Notes under the pieces: generated by a model
Database searches by the model: none
Told to the model about the DNA's origin: nothing
Seen by the model: the letters and a program-made list of their open reading frames with translations, nothing else
In this document: one piece after another, positions 1-10,174 of the stretch
How the letters are laid out: the number at the start of each line of letters is the position of its first letter
How positions within the stretch are numbered: the first letter of the stretch is position 1
Translations under genes and position numbers: made by a program
NCBI GenBank assembly: GCA_045544075.1
Contig: JAZPYJ010000144.1
Location: forward strand, 1 to 52,944
Length of the DNA: 52,944 nt
Origin: Thermoanaerobacteraceae bacterium
GTDB lineage: Bacteria; Bacillota; JAZPYJ01
Direction: 5' to 3'

Positions 1-21
1 ATCGGGAGTTACCGTACCTGA
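1..21 (+). CDS. 3' end of upstream gene, possibly argJ (partial)
   Basis: Frame 1 reads IGSYRT then TGA (19-21). ArgJ proteins commonly end in YRT/YRS, and argJ precedes argB in many Firmicute arg operons. Only 6 codons are visible. Confidence 0.3.
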   Translation: MGSYRT

Positions 22-72
22 TCGCTTTTATAGGAAATAAATGGGCACGGCAGCAACAAGGGGGAATATGAG

Positions 73-984
73 TTGCAGGAAGCAGGTACCAATAATCTGG
101 AAGCAGCTAGAGTCAAAGCTCAGGTGCTTATAGAAGCATTGCCTTACATCGAAAGGTTTTACGGCAAGACCATCGTCATAAAATACGGCGGACATGCTAT
201 GGCCAGCGAGGAATTAAAAGACGCAGTAATGCAGAATATCGTGCTGATGAAATATGTAGGCATGAATCCTGTTGTCGTGCACGGCGGAGGGCCTGCCATT
301 ACGGGAATGCTGGATCGTTTGGGAATTGAAAGTCAGTTCGTCGGAGGACTGCGCGTTACTGATCAGGATACGATGGAAGTTGCCGAAATGGTTCTGGGCG
401 GTAAAATCAATAAAGAAATCGTGACCCGTCTCTGCAGTCTCGGCGGAAAAGCGATCGGTCTCACCGGCAAGGATGCAGGACTGATCAGAGCCCGGAAAAA
501 AATGGGACGGATCTTGGACAAAAACGGCAGTGAGCAGCTGCAGGATATAGGTCTGGTGGGTGAAGTGGAAAAGATCGATCCGGCTATTGTCAATACTTTG
601 CTGAAAGAAGGCTATATTCCGGTTATCTCACCGATCGGCTGCGGAGAAGATGGAGAAAGCTATAATATTAACGCTGACTATGTCGCGGGTGAGCTGGCTG
701 CTGCCCTGGGAGCGGATAAACTGATAATACTTACCGATGTCCGCGGCATAATGAAAGATATAAATGATGAAAATTCGTTATTAAGTGAAATAAAGGTTCA
801 GGAAGTACCGTTCCTGATTGCTCAGGGCATAATCAAGGGCGGAATGATCCCTAAAATAGAATGCTGCGTACACGCTGTGGACAGCGGAGTAAATACTGCG
901 CATATAGTAGACGGACGCATCCCGAACTCCATCCTGCTGGAGATATTTACCAGAGTAGGCATAGGCACGATGGTCGCAGGATGA
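73..984 (+). CDS. argB: acetylglutamate kinase
   Basis: 303-aa ORF with TTG start preceded by AAGGGGGAA. The N-terminus LIEALPYIERFYGKTIVIKYGGHAM and amino-acid-kinase fold are typical of ArgB. Arg operon context. Confidence 0.9.
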   Translation: MQEAGTNNLEAARVKAQVLIEALPYIERFYGKTIVIKYGGHAMASEELKDAVMQNIVLMKYVGMNPVVVHGGGPAITGMLDRLGIESQFVGGLRVTDQDTMEVAEMVLGGKINKEIVTRLCSLGGKAIGLTGKDAGLIRARKKMGRILDKNGSEQLQDIGLVGEVEKIDPAIVNTLLKEGYIPVISPIGCGEDGESYNINADYVAGELAAALGADKLIILTDVRGIMKDINDENSLLSEIKVQEVPFLIAQGIIKGGMIPKIECCVHAVDSGVNTAHIVDGRIPNSILLEIFTRVGIGTMVAG

Positions 985-1024
985 TAACAGAGATACGGCA
1001 GGCAAATGGAAATGAGGTGGCAGA

Positions 1025-2230
1025 ATGGATTTAAAGGAAGCCCAGCAGTTAAACAGTAAATATGTAATGAACACCTATGGACGCAACGCACTGCTGCCGG
1101 TCAAAGGCGAAGGATGCTGGATCTGGGACAGCGAGGGGAAAAAATATCTCGATTGCGTAGCAGGTATAGCGGTAAATGCATTGGGGCAATGTCATCCGAG
1201 CATTACGCAGGCAATAAGCCGGCAGGCGGGACAACTGATGCATTGTTCCAATATTTATCTGATCGAAAATCAAATCAGACTTGCTCAGCTGCTGGTAGAA
1301 AAAAGCTGCTGTGATAAAGCCTTCTTCTGCAATAGCGGTGCGGAAGCAAATGAAGCGGCTATCAAGCTGGCACGCAAATGGGCCAAACTTAAATACGGTC
1401 CGGAAAAATATGAGATAATAACTGCTAAGCAGTCCTTCCACGGACGCACGCTGGCAGCAATCACAGCGACAGGACAGCCTAAATATCAGAAGGATTTCGA
1501 GCCGCTGCCGGCAGGATTCACATATGTTTCCTACAACGATCTGGATGAGTTGAAAGAAGCGATCGGTCCGCACACCTGCGCCATTATGCTGGAAGCCATT
1601 CAGGGAGAAGGCGGAGTACATCCGGCAACTGAAGAATACCTGCAGGGCGCGGCTGCATTATGCAGCGAGCTGGGCCTGCTGCTTATAATAGATGAGGTTC
1701 AGACAGGTATCGGCCGTACAGGCAAATTATTTGCATACGAACATTACGGGATCCAACCTGATATTATTACGCTGGCCAAGGCTTTGGGCAACGGTGTGCC
1801 GATAGGTGCGATGCTTGCCAAGGACAGTGCAGCAGCGGCTTTTGTTCCCGGCAATCACGCTTCGACATTTGGCGGCAATCCTCTCTCCTGCGCAGCAGCG
1901 CTTGCCGCTCTGCAGGTGATGGAAGAACAAAAGATCGTGGAACAGGCTGCGGCCAACGGTCGGTATTTGATGGAACTGCTTATGCAGCTGAAAGAAAACT
2001 TCAAATCGGTGACTGATGTACGGGGCAAAGGCCTGATGGCAGGCGTTGAGCTGGATCGCCCGGCAGCCGAAGTGATCGGCAAATGCAGGGAAAAAGGTCT
2101 GCTGGTTCTCGGCGCCGGACCCAATGTCATCCGTTTTGTTCCTCCGCTGATCATAAGCAAAGAAGAACTGCGGCTGGCAGCATCCATTGCAGAACAGGCT
2201 CTTACGGAAATGGAGGAAGGAGAATGTTAG
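1025..2230 (+). CDS. argD: acetylornithine aminotransferase
   Basis: 401-aa class-III PLP aminotransferase with FFCNSGAEANEAAIKLARK, DEVQTGIGRTG and the PLP-lysine context TLAKALGNG. SD GAGGTGG upstream. Confidence 0.88.
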   Translation: MDLKEAQQLNSKYVMNTYGRNALLPVKGEGCWIWDSEGKKYLDCVAGIAVNALGQCHPSITQAISRQAGQLMHCSNIYLIENQIRLAQLLVEKSCCDKAFFCNSGAEANEAAIKLARKWAKLKYGPEKYEIITAKQSFHGRTLAAITATGQPKYQKDFEPLPAGFTYVSYNDLDELKEAIGPHTCAIMLEAIQGEGGVHPATEEYLQGAAALCSELGLLLIIDEVQTGIGRTGKLFAYEHYGIQPDIITLAKALGNGVPIGAMLAKDSAAAAFVPGNHASTFGGNPLSCAAALAALQVMEEQKIVEQAAANGRYLMELLMQLKENFKSVTDVRGKGLMAGVELDRPAAEVIGKCREKGLLVLGAGPNVIRFVPPLIISKEELRLAASIAEQALTEMEEGEC

Positions 2231-3336
2231 GATATCTTATTCTTGCTGATGGAACTGTCATGCAGGGACAGGCCTTTGGCTGGCAGGGACAGCTCTGGGG
2301 CAGAGCGGTATTCAACACCGGAATGATGAGTTATCAGAGCGTCATTCAGGATCCTGTCAATTATGGGCAGATCGTGATCATGACTTGGCCTCTTATCGGC
2401 AATATCGGAATCGCCCAGGCGGAAAAACCCGCGGGCGGTGTAAGGGGACTGGTAGTTAAAGAATATTACGATACACCTGATCATTGGCGCTGTCAGCGAA
2501 CTCTGGATCAATATATGAAGCAGCAGAAAATAATCGGTCTTGCGGGCGTGGACACGCGTTATCTTATGCGTTTGCTGCGGGATAAAGGTGCAATGGGCGC
2601 TGTAATTCTCTCAACGGAGCAAAAGCTGAGCGGTGAGCAGTGGCAGGAGCTAGTGAAACTGGCTCAAAACGGTTCGCTGGAACAGCAGCCGGTGATGGCT
2701 GTAACATGCAAACAGAAATATCAGCTGCCCGGGTCCGGTCCGGACGTAGCAGTTCTTGATCTGGGTGCTGCAGTTCCGGCTCTTGGTGAACTGCAGGGAT
2801 TAGGATGTTCTGTTACAGTATTTCCCGCCCAGACAAAGGCGGAAGAAATAATAGCTGCTTCACCGGACGGACTGCTGATAAGTGACGGGCCTGGAAGTCC
2901 AGACGAACTGACTGAGATAGTACAGATGCTGAAAAGTATTATGCAGGCCGAAGAGAAACGATTGCCTATCTTCGGCGTCGGGCTTGGCCACAACGTACTG
3001 GCAAGTGCTATGGGCGCGGCCAATGTTCAGCTGAAGTCAGGTCATCACGGTACGAATCAGCCGGTGCTCAATATCGCTGCCGATCATGTCTGCATCACTT
3101 CACAGAATCACTCCTGGACAGTAGATGAGAAAAGTCTGGACGGACTGAATGCGGAAATCACACGCCGCAATATCAATGATCAGACGATCGAAGGTCTGTG
3201 TTATCTCAACTATCCGGCATTCTCGGTGCAATATCAGCCGCAGGTCATCGCTGCTTCTCCTGATTCTGAGGAACTGTATAGGAAGTTTGCGGATAGTCTG
3301 CAAGGCGCGCAAAGCTCAGTGGGAGGTGAATGCTGA
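2224..3336 (+). CDS. carA: carbamoyl-phosphate synthase small-subunit homologue with degenerate glutaminase site
   Basis: The ORF track starts at 2083, but the conserved CarA N-terminus [19 protein letters not shown] begins at ATG 2224 and overlaps the argD stop (ATGTTAG). The CarA N-domain and amidotransferase-like C-domain are recognisable. The catalytic triad is substituted (see findings). Confidence 0.85.
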   Translation: MLGYLILADGTVMQGQAFGWQGQLWGRAVFNTGMMSYQSVIQDPVNYGQIVIMTWPLIGNIGIAQAEKPAGGVRGLVVKEYYDTPDHWRCQRTLDQYMKQQKIIGLAGVDTRYLMRLLRDKGAMGAVILSTEQKLSGEQWQELVKLAQNGSLEQQPVMAVTCKQKYQLPGSGPDVAVLDLGAAVPALGELQGLGCSVTVFPAQTKAEEIIAASPDGLLISDGPGSPDELTEIVQMLKSIMQAEEKRLPIFGVGLGHNVLASAMGAANVQLKSGHHGTNQPVLNIAADHVCITSQNHSWTVDEKSLDGLNAEITRRNINDQTIEGLCYLNYPAFSVQYQPQVIAASPDSEELYRKFADSLQGAQSSVGGEC

Positions 3337-6300
3337 TGCCGGTAAGGGAAGATATCAAAAAAGTACTGGTAATAGGTTCAGGACCGATCGTAATAGGACA
3401 GGCTGCTGAGTTTGACTATGCGGGTACTCAGGCCTGTAAGGCGCTTCGTGAAGAAGGTCTGCAGGTCGTACTGATCAACAGCAATCCCGCGACGATCATG
3501 ACTGACAGCAATATCGCCGATGTGGTATATATAGAACCGCTGAAATGGGATATCATAGAAAGGATCATTGATAAAGAACGACCTGATGGCCTGATCGCCG
3601 GATTGGGCGGGCAGACAGGTCTGAACATGGCTGTGGAACTTGCTGACAGAGGTATACTGGATAAATACCGTGTACGTTTGCTTGGCACTCCGCTGGAAGC
3701 TATCCAGCGGGCGGAAGACAGGGAAATGTTCAAAAAGACTATGTTCGAGATCGGTGAACCTGTTCCCGAGAGTGCGATTGTCAATACGATGGAAGAGGCA
3801 CTCAGTTTCTCCCGTGAAGCAGGATATCCGCTTATCGTACGCCCTGCTTATACCCTGGGGGGAACAGGGGGCGGTGTTTGTCATAATGAAAATGAACTGG
3901 TAATGACTGCTACCAAAGGCTTCAAATCCAGTATGATCCACCAGCTGCTGCTTGAGCGCAGCGTACTGGGGTGGAAAGAGATCGAATACGAAGTCATGCG
4001 CGACGGATGCGATAACTGCATCACCGTCTGCAATATGGAAAATATAGATCCCTGCGGTATTCACACAGGCGACAGCATCGTAGTAGCTCCGACTCAGACG
4101 CTGACTGACGAAGAATGCCAGATGCTCAGAAACTCAGCGATGAAAATAATACGCGCTCTGCAGATCGAAGGAGGATGCAACGTACAGTTCGCTCTGCATC
4201 CGACCAGTCTGCAGTATGTCGTTATAGAAGTAAACCCGCGCGTAAGTCGCTCAAGCGCGCTGGCCTCTAAGGCAACGGGTTATCCAATAGTCAAAATGAC
4301 TGCCAAGATCGCCGCGGGCCTGACTTTGCCTGAGATCATCAATCCGGTGACAGGCAATACTCCCGCCTGCTTTGAACCGACCATTGATTATGTAGTGATC
4401 AAAGTTCCGCGCTGGCCGTTCGACAAATTCGTCACTGCAGACCGCGTTCTGGGGACTCAGATGAAGGCAACAGGCGAAGTAATGGCTATCGACCGAAGTT
4501 TTGAAGCGGCGCTCTTGAAAGCTATGCGTTCACTGGAGATCGGCGTGGACAGCCTGCAGATGAAAGGTCTGCCGCAACTGACTGATATGCAGATAGAGCA
4601 TAGGCTGCAGTTCGGTGATGATGAACGTATTTTTATTATTGCAGAGGCTCTGCGCCGCTCAATGACGCTGCGCGAGATCCATCAGCTGACTAAAATCGAA
4701 TATTTTTTCCTGCAGAAGATAAAAAATATCGTGGATTGGGAACATAAGATCCGCAGCACAGGCAGTATCAATGATGCTGATCTGATTCAGGTCAAGCGCC
4801 TGGGCTTTTCTGACAGCCGTCTGGCACAGCTGCTCCAGATCAGTGAGCAGGGATTGCGCGAGCGCCGCAAAGCGGCAGGCATCGTTCCGGTCTATAAAAT
4901 GGTAGATACCTGCGCCGGTGAATACGCAGCGCAGACGCCATATTATTACTCTACCTACGATTACGAAGATGAAAGTGTGCGCTCGGAACGGAAGAAGGTG
5001 ATAGTTCTGGGCTCAGGGCCTATCCGCATCGGACAGGGAATAGAATTCGATTACTGCTCGGTACATTCAGTCTGGGGACTGGCAGAGGAAAATGTAGAAA
5101 CTATCATAATCAATAATAATCCGGAAACTGTCAGCACAGACTTCGACACTTCAGATAAACTGTATTTCGAGCCGCTTACTTTGGAGGACGTGCTCAATGT
5201 AGTAGATAAAGAGCAGCCGCTCGGAGTTGTTGTACAGTTTGGCGGGCAGACTGCGATCAATCTTGCCGGTGAACTGCAGGAAGCAGGGGTCAATATCCTT
5301 GGTACTCCGGTAGAATGCATCGATCTTGCTGAGGACCGCGAAAAATTCGAACAGTTGCTGAAGGAACTGGGAGTACCTCAGACCGAGGGTCGTACAGTTA
5401 CCGCGGTAGCCCAGGCTCAGCAGGTTGCGGAAGAACTTGGTTATCCTGTTTTGGTCAGACCTTCCTATGTGCTGGGGGGACGTGCCATGGAACTTGTTTA
5501 CGATACGCCGCAGCTTCTGAAATATATGGAGCAGGCCGTACAGGTTTCACCCAAACACCCTGTGCTGATCGATAAATATGTACGCGGCAAGGAAGTTGAA
5601 GTAGACGCGATCGGTGATGGTGAGAATCTATTGATGCCCGGTATAATGGAACATGTCGAAAGAGCGGGAGTACACTCAGGCGATTCTATAGCTGTTTATC
5701 CGCCGCAGACGCTTGACCAGAGCGAGATCGATATGATCATCGCCTACACTACCAAGATCGCCCGCGCACTGAAGATCAAAGGGCTGATCAATATCCAGTA
5801 TGTAGTAGACCGTAAGGGTCAGGTTTACGTTATCGAAGTAAACCCGCGCGCTTCACGCACAGTTCCGATCCTGAGCAAAGTAACAGGCGTGCCGATGGTC
5901 AGAACAGCGACCCGCGCCATGCTCGGCAAATCACTGCAGCAGCTTGGCTATCAGCCCGGTCTGTGGCCGCGATCCAATTATATCACAGTCAAGGCGCCGG
6001 TTTTTTCCTTTGAAAAGCTGGGGCTTGTAGATATCTCCCTGGGCCCGGAAATGAAATCCACAGGCGAAGTAATGGGAGTCGATAAAACATTTGCTCATGC
6101 TCTTTACAAGGCGATGATCGCTTCCGGCCTGCGTATTGAAAAAACCGGTGCGGTTCTTGTTTCAGTTGCTGACAAAGATAAAGAAGAAGTCATCCCGATC
6201 GTCAAAGCATACAGCGATCTGGATTTTGAGATCATCGCCACCGAGGAGACAGCCCGCACTTTGCAGGCAGCAGGGATAATGACAATAAATGCAGTCAATC

Positions 6301-6539
6301 CGGTGCAGCAGATCCGCGACGGACGTATATCGCTGGTGATAAACACTCCGACCAAAGGTAAAGCGCCTGAGCGCAAAGGTTTCCGCATCAGACGCATGGC
6401 TTCTGAATTAAAGGTGCCCTGCCTGACCTCGCTAGATACAGCACAGGCACTTGTGGAGGTACTCAAATGTCTGCGCAGCGGTGAACAGGCTGAATGCCTG
6501 TCCATGGATGAATTCACTGCCTTTATCGATAAAGAATAA
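3336..6539 (+). CDS. carB: carbamoyl-phosphate synthase large subunit
   Basis: [30 protein letters not shown] matches the CarB N-terminus (E. coli MPKRTDIK...). Two ATP-grasp halves and a C-terminal MGS-like domain are present. ATG 3336 lies 9 nt after GGAGG and overlaps the carA stop (TGATG). In-frame ATG 3330 is the alternative start. Confidence 0.93.
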   Translation: MPVREDIKKVLVIGSGPIVIGQAAEFDYAGTQACKALREEGLQVVLINSNPATIMTDSNIADVVYIEPLKWDIIERIIDKERPDGLIAGLGGQTGLNMAVELADRGILDKYRVRLLGTPLEAIQRAEDREMFKKTMFEIGEPVPESAIVNTMEEALSFSREAGYPLIVRPAYTLGGTGGGVCHNENELVMTATKGFKSSMIHQLLLERSVLGWKEIEYEVMRDGCDNCITVCNMENIDPCGIHTGDSIVVAPTQTLTDEECQMLRNSAMKIIRALQIEGGCNVQFALHPTSLQYVVIEVNPRVSRSSALASKATGYPIVKMTAKIAAGLTLPEIINPVTGNTPACFEPTIDYVVIKVPRWPFDKFVTADRVLGTQMKATGEVMAIDRSFEAALLKAMRSLEIGVDSLQMKGLPQLTDMQIEHRLQFGDDERIFIIAEALRRSMTLREIHQLTKIEYFFLQKIKNIVDWEHKIRSTGSINDADLIQVKRLGFSDSRLAQLLQISEQGLRERRKAAGIVPVYKMVDTCAGEYAAQTPYYYSTYDYEDESVRSERKKVIVLGSGPIRIGQGIEFDYCSVHSVWGLAEENVETIIINNNPETVSTDFDTSDKLYFEPLTLEDVLNVVDKEQPLGVVVQFGGQTAINLAGELQEAGVNILGTPVECIDLAEDREKFEQLLKELGVPQTEGRTVTAVAQAQQVAEELGYPVLVRPSYVLGGRAMELVYDTPQLLKYMEQAVQVSPKHPVLIDKYVRGKEVEVDAIGDGENLLMPGIMEHVERAGVHSGDSIAVYPPQTLDQSEIDMIIAYTTKIARALKIKGLINIQYVVDRKGQVYVIEVNPRASRTVPILSKVTGVPMVRTATRAMLGKSLQQLGYQPGLWPRSNYITVKAPVFSFEKLGLVDISLGPEMKSTGEVMGVDKTFAHALYKAMIASGLRIEKTGAVLVSVADKDKEEVIPIVKAYSDLDFEIIATEETARTLQAAGIMTINAVNPVQQIRDGRISLVINTPTKGKAPERKGFRIRRMASELKVPCLTSLDTAQALVEVLKCLRSGEQAECLSMDEFTAFIDKE

Positions 6540-6566
6540 TCAAGCCGGAGGAGGACAGAAAATAAA

Positions 6567-7538
6567 ATGAACAACCTGGAAAAAATTCTGCAGGAAGAGA
6601 CCTCGCTGCAGCTGCGGGGACGTGACTTGCTGTCACTGGATGATCTAAGCTCGGAAGAAGTAGCGCAGGTGCTGAGGGTAGCGGCCGTTCTAAAAAAAAT
6701 GCAGAAAGCGCGGCAGCCACATCCTGTACTGCTGGGCAAAACATTGGGCATGATCTTTCAGAAGGCCTCCACCCGGACCAGGATCTCTTTCGAAGTTGCA
6801 ATGTATCAGCTGGGAGGTCACGCGCTTTTTCTCAGCGGACAGGATCTGCAGCTGGGCAGAGGTGAAGCAGTGCCTGATACTGCCCGCGTCATGACCAGAT
6901 ATCTCGACGGTATTATGATCAGAACTTTTTCGCAACAGATGGTGGAAACACTGGCTGAAAATGCCGACATTCCTGTTATAAACGCGCTGACTGACTATGA
7001 ACATCCCTGTCAGGTACTGGCTGATCTGCAGACTATTCAGGAACATAAGGGCCGTTTGGTCGGCCTGAAAATGGCATACATCGGCGACGGCAATAATATG
7101 GCTCATTCTCTCCTGCTGGGTGCTGTCAAAACAGGTATGAATGTAGCAGTCGCTTCGCCGGAAGATTATCTGCCGCAAGCGTCCGTCACAGAGAGAGCAA
7201 AAGAGATAGCTGCGGAATACGGCGGACAGGTGCTGATCACTTCCGATCCGGTGGAAGCTGTAAATAATGCTGATGTTGTGCTTACCGATGTATGGGCAAG
7301 CATGGGACAGGAAAGTGAGCAGAAGATCAGAGAAAAAGCCTTCGCAGGCTATCAGGTAAATGCCGAACTTACGGCACATGCAAAAAAAGATTATCTTTTC
7401 CTGCACTGTCTGCCTGCTCATCGCGGTGAAGAAGTAAGTGCGGACATAATCGATGGCAGCCATTCGGCTATATTTGACGAAGCGGAAAACCGTCTGCACG
7501 CGCAGAAAGCTGTGCTGGCGTTATTAATGAATAATTAA
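6567..7538 (+). CDS. argF: ornithine carbamoyltransferase
   Basis: Motifs STRTRISFE, HPCQ, DVWASMG and HCLPAHRGEE. SD GGAGGAGG upstream. Confidence 0.9.
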   Translation: MNNLEKILQEETSLQLRGRDLLSLDDLSSEEVAQVLRVAAVLKKMQKARQPHPVLLGKTLGMIFQKASTRTRISFEVAMYQLGGHALFLSGQDLQLGRGEAVPDTARVMTRYLDGIMIRTFSQQMVETLAENADIPVINALTDYEHPCQVLADLQTIQEHKGRLVGLKMAYIGDGNNMAHSLLLGAVKTGMNVAVASPEDYLPQASVTERAKEIAAEYGGQVLITSDPVEAVNNADVVLTDVWASMGQESEQKIREKAFAGYQVNAELTAHAKKDYLFLHCLPAHRGEEVSADIIDGSHSAIFDEAENRLHAQKAVLALLMNN

Positions 7539-7577
7539 GCAAAGTATTTCAGGCTGATCAGAAAGGAGCTATTCATC

Positions 7578-8795
7578 ATGGCAAAAAAAGTTATACTGGC
7601 ATATTCAGGCGGATTGGACACTTCTATCATCATCCCCTGGCTTAAAGAAAACTACGGTTATGAAGTAATTGCTGTCTGCGGCAATGTCGGACAGGGAGAA
7701 GAACTGGAACCGCTGCATGAAAAAGCACTCAAAACAGGAGCCTCCAAATTATACATCGAAGATCTCCGTGAAGAATTCGTAAACAATTATGTATTCCCTA
7801 CCATCAAAGCAGGCGCGGTTTATGAAGGAAAATATCTGCTGGGAACTTCATTCGCCCGTCCTATCATAGCTAAACGGCTGGTGGAGATAGCTGAAAAAGA
7901 AGGCGCTGAAGCCATTTGTCATGGCTGTACGGGTAAAGGCAATGATCAGGTTCGTTTTGAACTGACTATAAAAGCGCTCAACCCCGCACTCAAAGTTATC
8001 GCTCCCTGGCGCACCTGGGACATCCGTTCCCGTGAAGATGAGATCCAGTACGCGGCTGAGCGCAATATTCCTCTCAATGTCACCAAAGAAAAGATCTACA
8101 GCCGCGACCGCAACCTCTGGCATTTAAGTCATGAGGGCGGGGATCTGGAAGATCCCTGGAACGAACCGAAATTTGACAGCCTTCTGCAGATAATCACTCC
8201 TCCGGAGAAAGCTCCCGACAAACCGACTTATGTGGAAATAGGCTTCGAGCAGGGCATACCTGTTGCGCTGAACGGCGAAAAACTGGGCGGCGTGGAACTT
8301 ATCGAAAAACTTAACGAAATCGCAGCTGCCAATGGCATAGGCATAGAGGATATTGTGGAAAACCGTTTAGTCGGCATCAAATCTCGCGGGGTTTATGAAA
8401 CTCCCGCAGGCACTGTTCTCTACGCAGCTCATCGCGAGCTGGAATATCTCACTCTCGATCGTCAGACCATGCATTTCAAGGAACAGGCAGCGCTTCGTTT
8501 CGCCGAGCTGGTCTATGACGGAGTATGGTTCCATCCTCTGCGCGAGGCGATCTCCGCTTTTGTCGATGTTACCCAGAAGACATGCACAGGTCTCGTGCGC
8601 CTGAAACTGTACAAAGGAAAAGTATCACCGGCAGGCGCTCAGTCACCGTATTCCCTGTACAGCGAAGAATTTGCAACCTTCGGTGAAGACGAGGTCTACA
8701 GCCAGAAGGATGCCGAAGGATTCATCAACCTCTTTGGCCTGCCTCTCAAAGTTCAGGCTATGATGAAGCAGAAAAACGGTATGCCCCGCGAATAA
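7578..8795 (+). CDS. argG: argininosuccinate synthase
   Basis: 405 aa with the N-terminal [11 protein letters not shown]-loop. Conserved ArgG core ([13 protein letters not shown]). SD AAAGGAG upstream. Confidence 0.92.
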   Translation: MAKKVILAYSGGLDTSIIIPWLKENYGYEVIAVCGNVGQGEELEPLHEKALKTGASKLYIEDLREEFVNNYVFPTIKAGAVYEGKYLLGTSFARPIIAKRLVEIAEKEGAEAICHGCTGKGNDQVRFELTIKALNPALKVIAPWRTWDIRSREDEIQYAAERNIPLNVTKEKIYSRDRNLWHLSHEGGDLEDPWNEPKFDSLLQIITPPEKAPDKPTYVEIGFEQGIPVALNGEKLGGVELIEKLNEIAAANGIGIEDIVENRLVGIKSRGVYETPAGTVLYAAHRELEYLTLDRQTMHFKEQAALRFAELVYDGVWFHPLREAISAFVDVTQKTCTGLVRLKLYKGKVSPAGAQSPYSLYSEEFATFGEDEVYSQKDAEGFINLFGLPLKVQAMMKQKNGMPRE

Positions 8796-8853
8796 AAGAT
8801 AAAATGCAAGGCAAAACTGACGTCGGTAAACCCGGCGAAACCTGCTTATTTCC

Positions 8854-8890
8854 GCTGCCCTTTGATCCAGAGGGCAGCGCTTGTTCTGTG
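8854..8890 (+). terminator. putative intrinsic terminator after argG
   Basis: GCTGCCCT (8854-8861) pairs with AGGGCAGC (8871-8878), followed by GCTTGTTCTGTG. The T tail is weak. Confidence 0.5.
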
Positions 8891-8976
8891 TGCAGTTGCA
8901 CGGAAGGTTTTTTTGTGATACAATCAAAAATATTTTGTTTAATATCAAGACAACGAACGGCGGGGAGGGACTGACT

Positions 8977-9864
8977 GTGGCTGATGAAGCAAAGCACGGG
9001 GTCTTCATGAGAATATTGATCTTTATCCTGCAAGTGATCTGCTGGCTGATCGCTGTATGCGGATTACTGTTGACTGCATATGCATTTTACTCCGGGGAAT
9101 ATATGGGAGGGGCTCTGATGCTGGCGGGGAGTATAACTATAATGCCTGCCATGAACCGCCTGTCGATATTTCGGGGCAAACTCACCGGTCATCTTAGAAG
9201 ACTAGCTGCTGTCGTTCTGCTGATCGTCGGAATGAGCATCGCTTTCACTTCCGCGCCTGATATAGGTATCAAGGACAATGCTTTGGATATTTCCCGTGAA
9301 CAGCTGACGCAAATGATCACGGAACGGCTGAAGGAGATGGGACAGCCGGTCGGTGAGATCAGCGAAGAAGGTCAAACTATAGGTGAGTTTGTCCAAGCTG
9401 AAGTCAACGAAGCCAGCCGATACAGCAGTTATCAGATATACGAAGCCAGAACCTCCGAGGATGTAAGTGTGCAGATCATCCAACACAGCGGAAAGATCGC
9501 AGCGGTGCGAGCCTGTGCTGCTGCCGATGATTATTATACGGAACCGGATCAGAGTACGGAGCAGATCATCAACAGCGTAATGGACTGGCTGCTGGATAAA
9601 TGCGGTGTTCTGAGCAATGATAAACAGGCGATCATATCACAGCTCAAAGCCAATGACAACACAGGCAGGGTCACTAAATATAACTATATAGTGGAAATGA
9701 AATCAGAACCATATTATCGGGAGACTGTGATGATATACGATACGCAGAATGCCGATCAGCTCGATCAGGTCAACACAGCGGAAATAGATGATAGGCTCAG
9801 TGTCTATGATTATCTGTCTGAACCGGAGCAAAGTGTGTCCGAGCAGCCGCTTGAAAGCTGGTAG
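8977..9864 (+). CDS. hypothetical membrane protein
   Basis: The ORF is open from 8881. GTG 8977 lies 6 nt after GGGGAGGGA; ATG 9007 is the alternative. Hydrophobic N-terminal segments (ILIFILQVICWLIAVCGLLLTAYAF, GGALMLAGSITIMPA, LAAVVLLIVGMSIAF) precede a soluble C-terminal part. No family recognised. Confidence 0.55.
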   Translation: MADEAKHGVFMRILIFILQVICWLIAVCGLLLTAYAFYSGEYMGGALMLAGSITIMPAMNRLSIFRGKLTGHLRRLAAVVLLIVGMSIAFTSAPDIGIKDNALDISREQLTQMITERLKEMGQPVGEISEEGQTIGEFVQAEVNEASRYSSYQIYEARTSEDVSVQIIQHSGKIAAVRACAAADDYYTEPDQSTEQIINSVMDWLLDKCGVLSNDKQAIISQLKANDNTGRVTKYNYIVEMKSEPYYRETVMIYDTQNADQLDQVNTAEIDDRLSVYDYLSEPEQSVSEQPLESW

Positions 9865-10032
9865 GAAGAGCAGTTATAATATAGCCGGCGGAGATCGGGA
9901 AAAGTGTTCCTGTAAAAGAACAGCAGGGACATGCTAAAGGAAGTATAGCATTTTTTATGGTCAGGGCCGCTGTCAGAAAAAAGCTGCATTGAAAATAAGG
10001 ATGAGAGATCGTCGGAGATAAATAGATTTCTG

Positions 10033-10070
10033 AAAGCCGAATACAAAGCATTCGGCTTTTTACTGTTTTT
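10033..10070 (+). terminator. intrinsic terminator
   Basis: AAAGCCGAAT (10033-10042) pairs with ATTCGGCTTT (10050-10059), followed by a T-rich tail. Confidence 0.7.
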
Positions 10071-10088
10071 TTCTGAAAAAGCTTGATT

Positions 10089-10142
10089 TTACTTTAACTT
10101 TACAATACTATGATTCCAGGATTTACATTAGCCTTGTATAAT
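10089..10142 (+). promoter_or_regulatory. candidate Pho-box promoter of the two-component operon
   Basis: TTACT 10089-10093 and TTACA 10100-10104 are 11 bp apart. A third TTACA lies at 10123-10127, and TATAAT at 10137-10142. Confidence 0.5.
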
Positions 10143-10174
10143 CCGTAATAAAAAATATGAAGGAGGTCTCCGCG

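Noticed and set aside
2083-2223. 5' extensions of several track ORFs. Affected genes: carA (2083), 8881, 10157, 17548-19359, 29746, 30759, 38526, 40669, 46210, 48960 and 49678.
   Set aside because: In each case the extension overlaps the upstream gene or promoter, lacks an SD and encodes atypical sequence. A conserved N-terminus preceded by a GGAGG-type SD begins further downstream. The feature coordinates were trimmed accordingly.
3330-3335. ATG 3330 as the carB start (ORF track).
   Set aside because: It lies only 3 nt after the GGAGG. ATG 3336 gives the conserved MP.R.DIK N-terminus with 9-nt spacing. The two differ by just two codons, so this is noted as an alternative.
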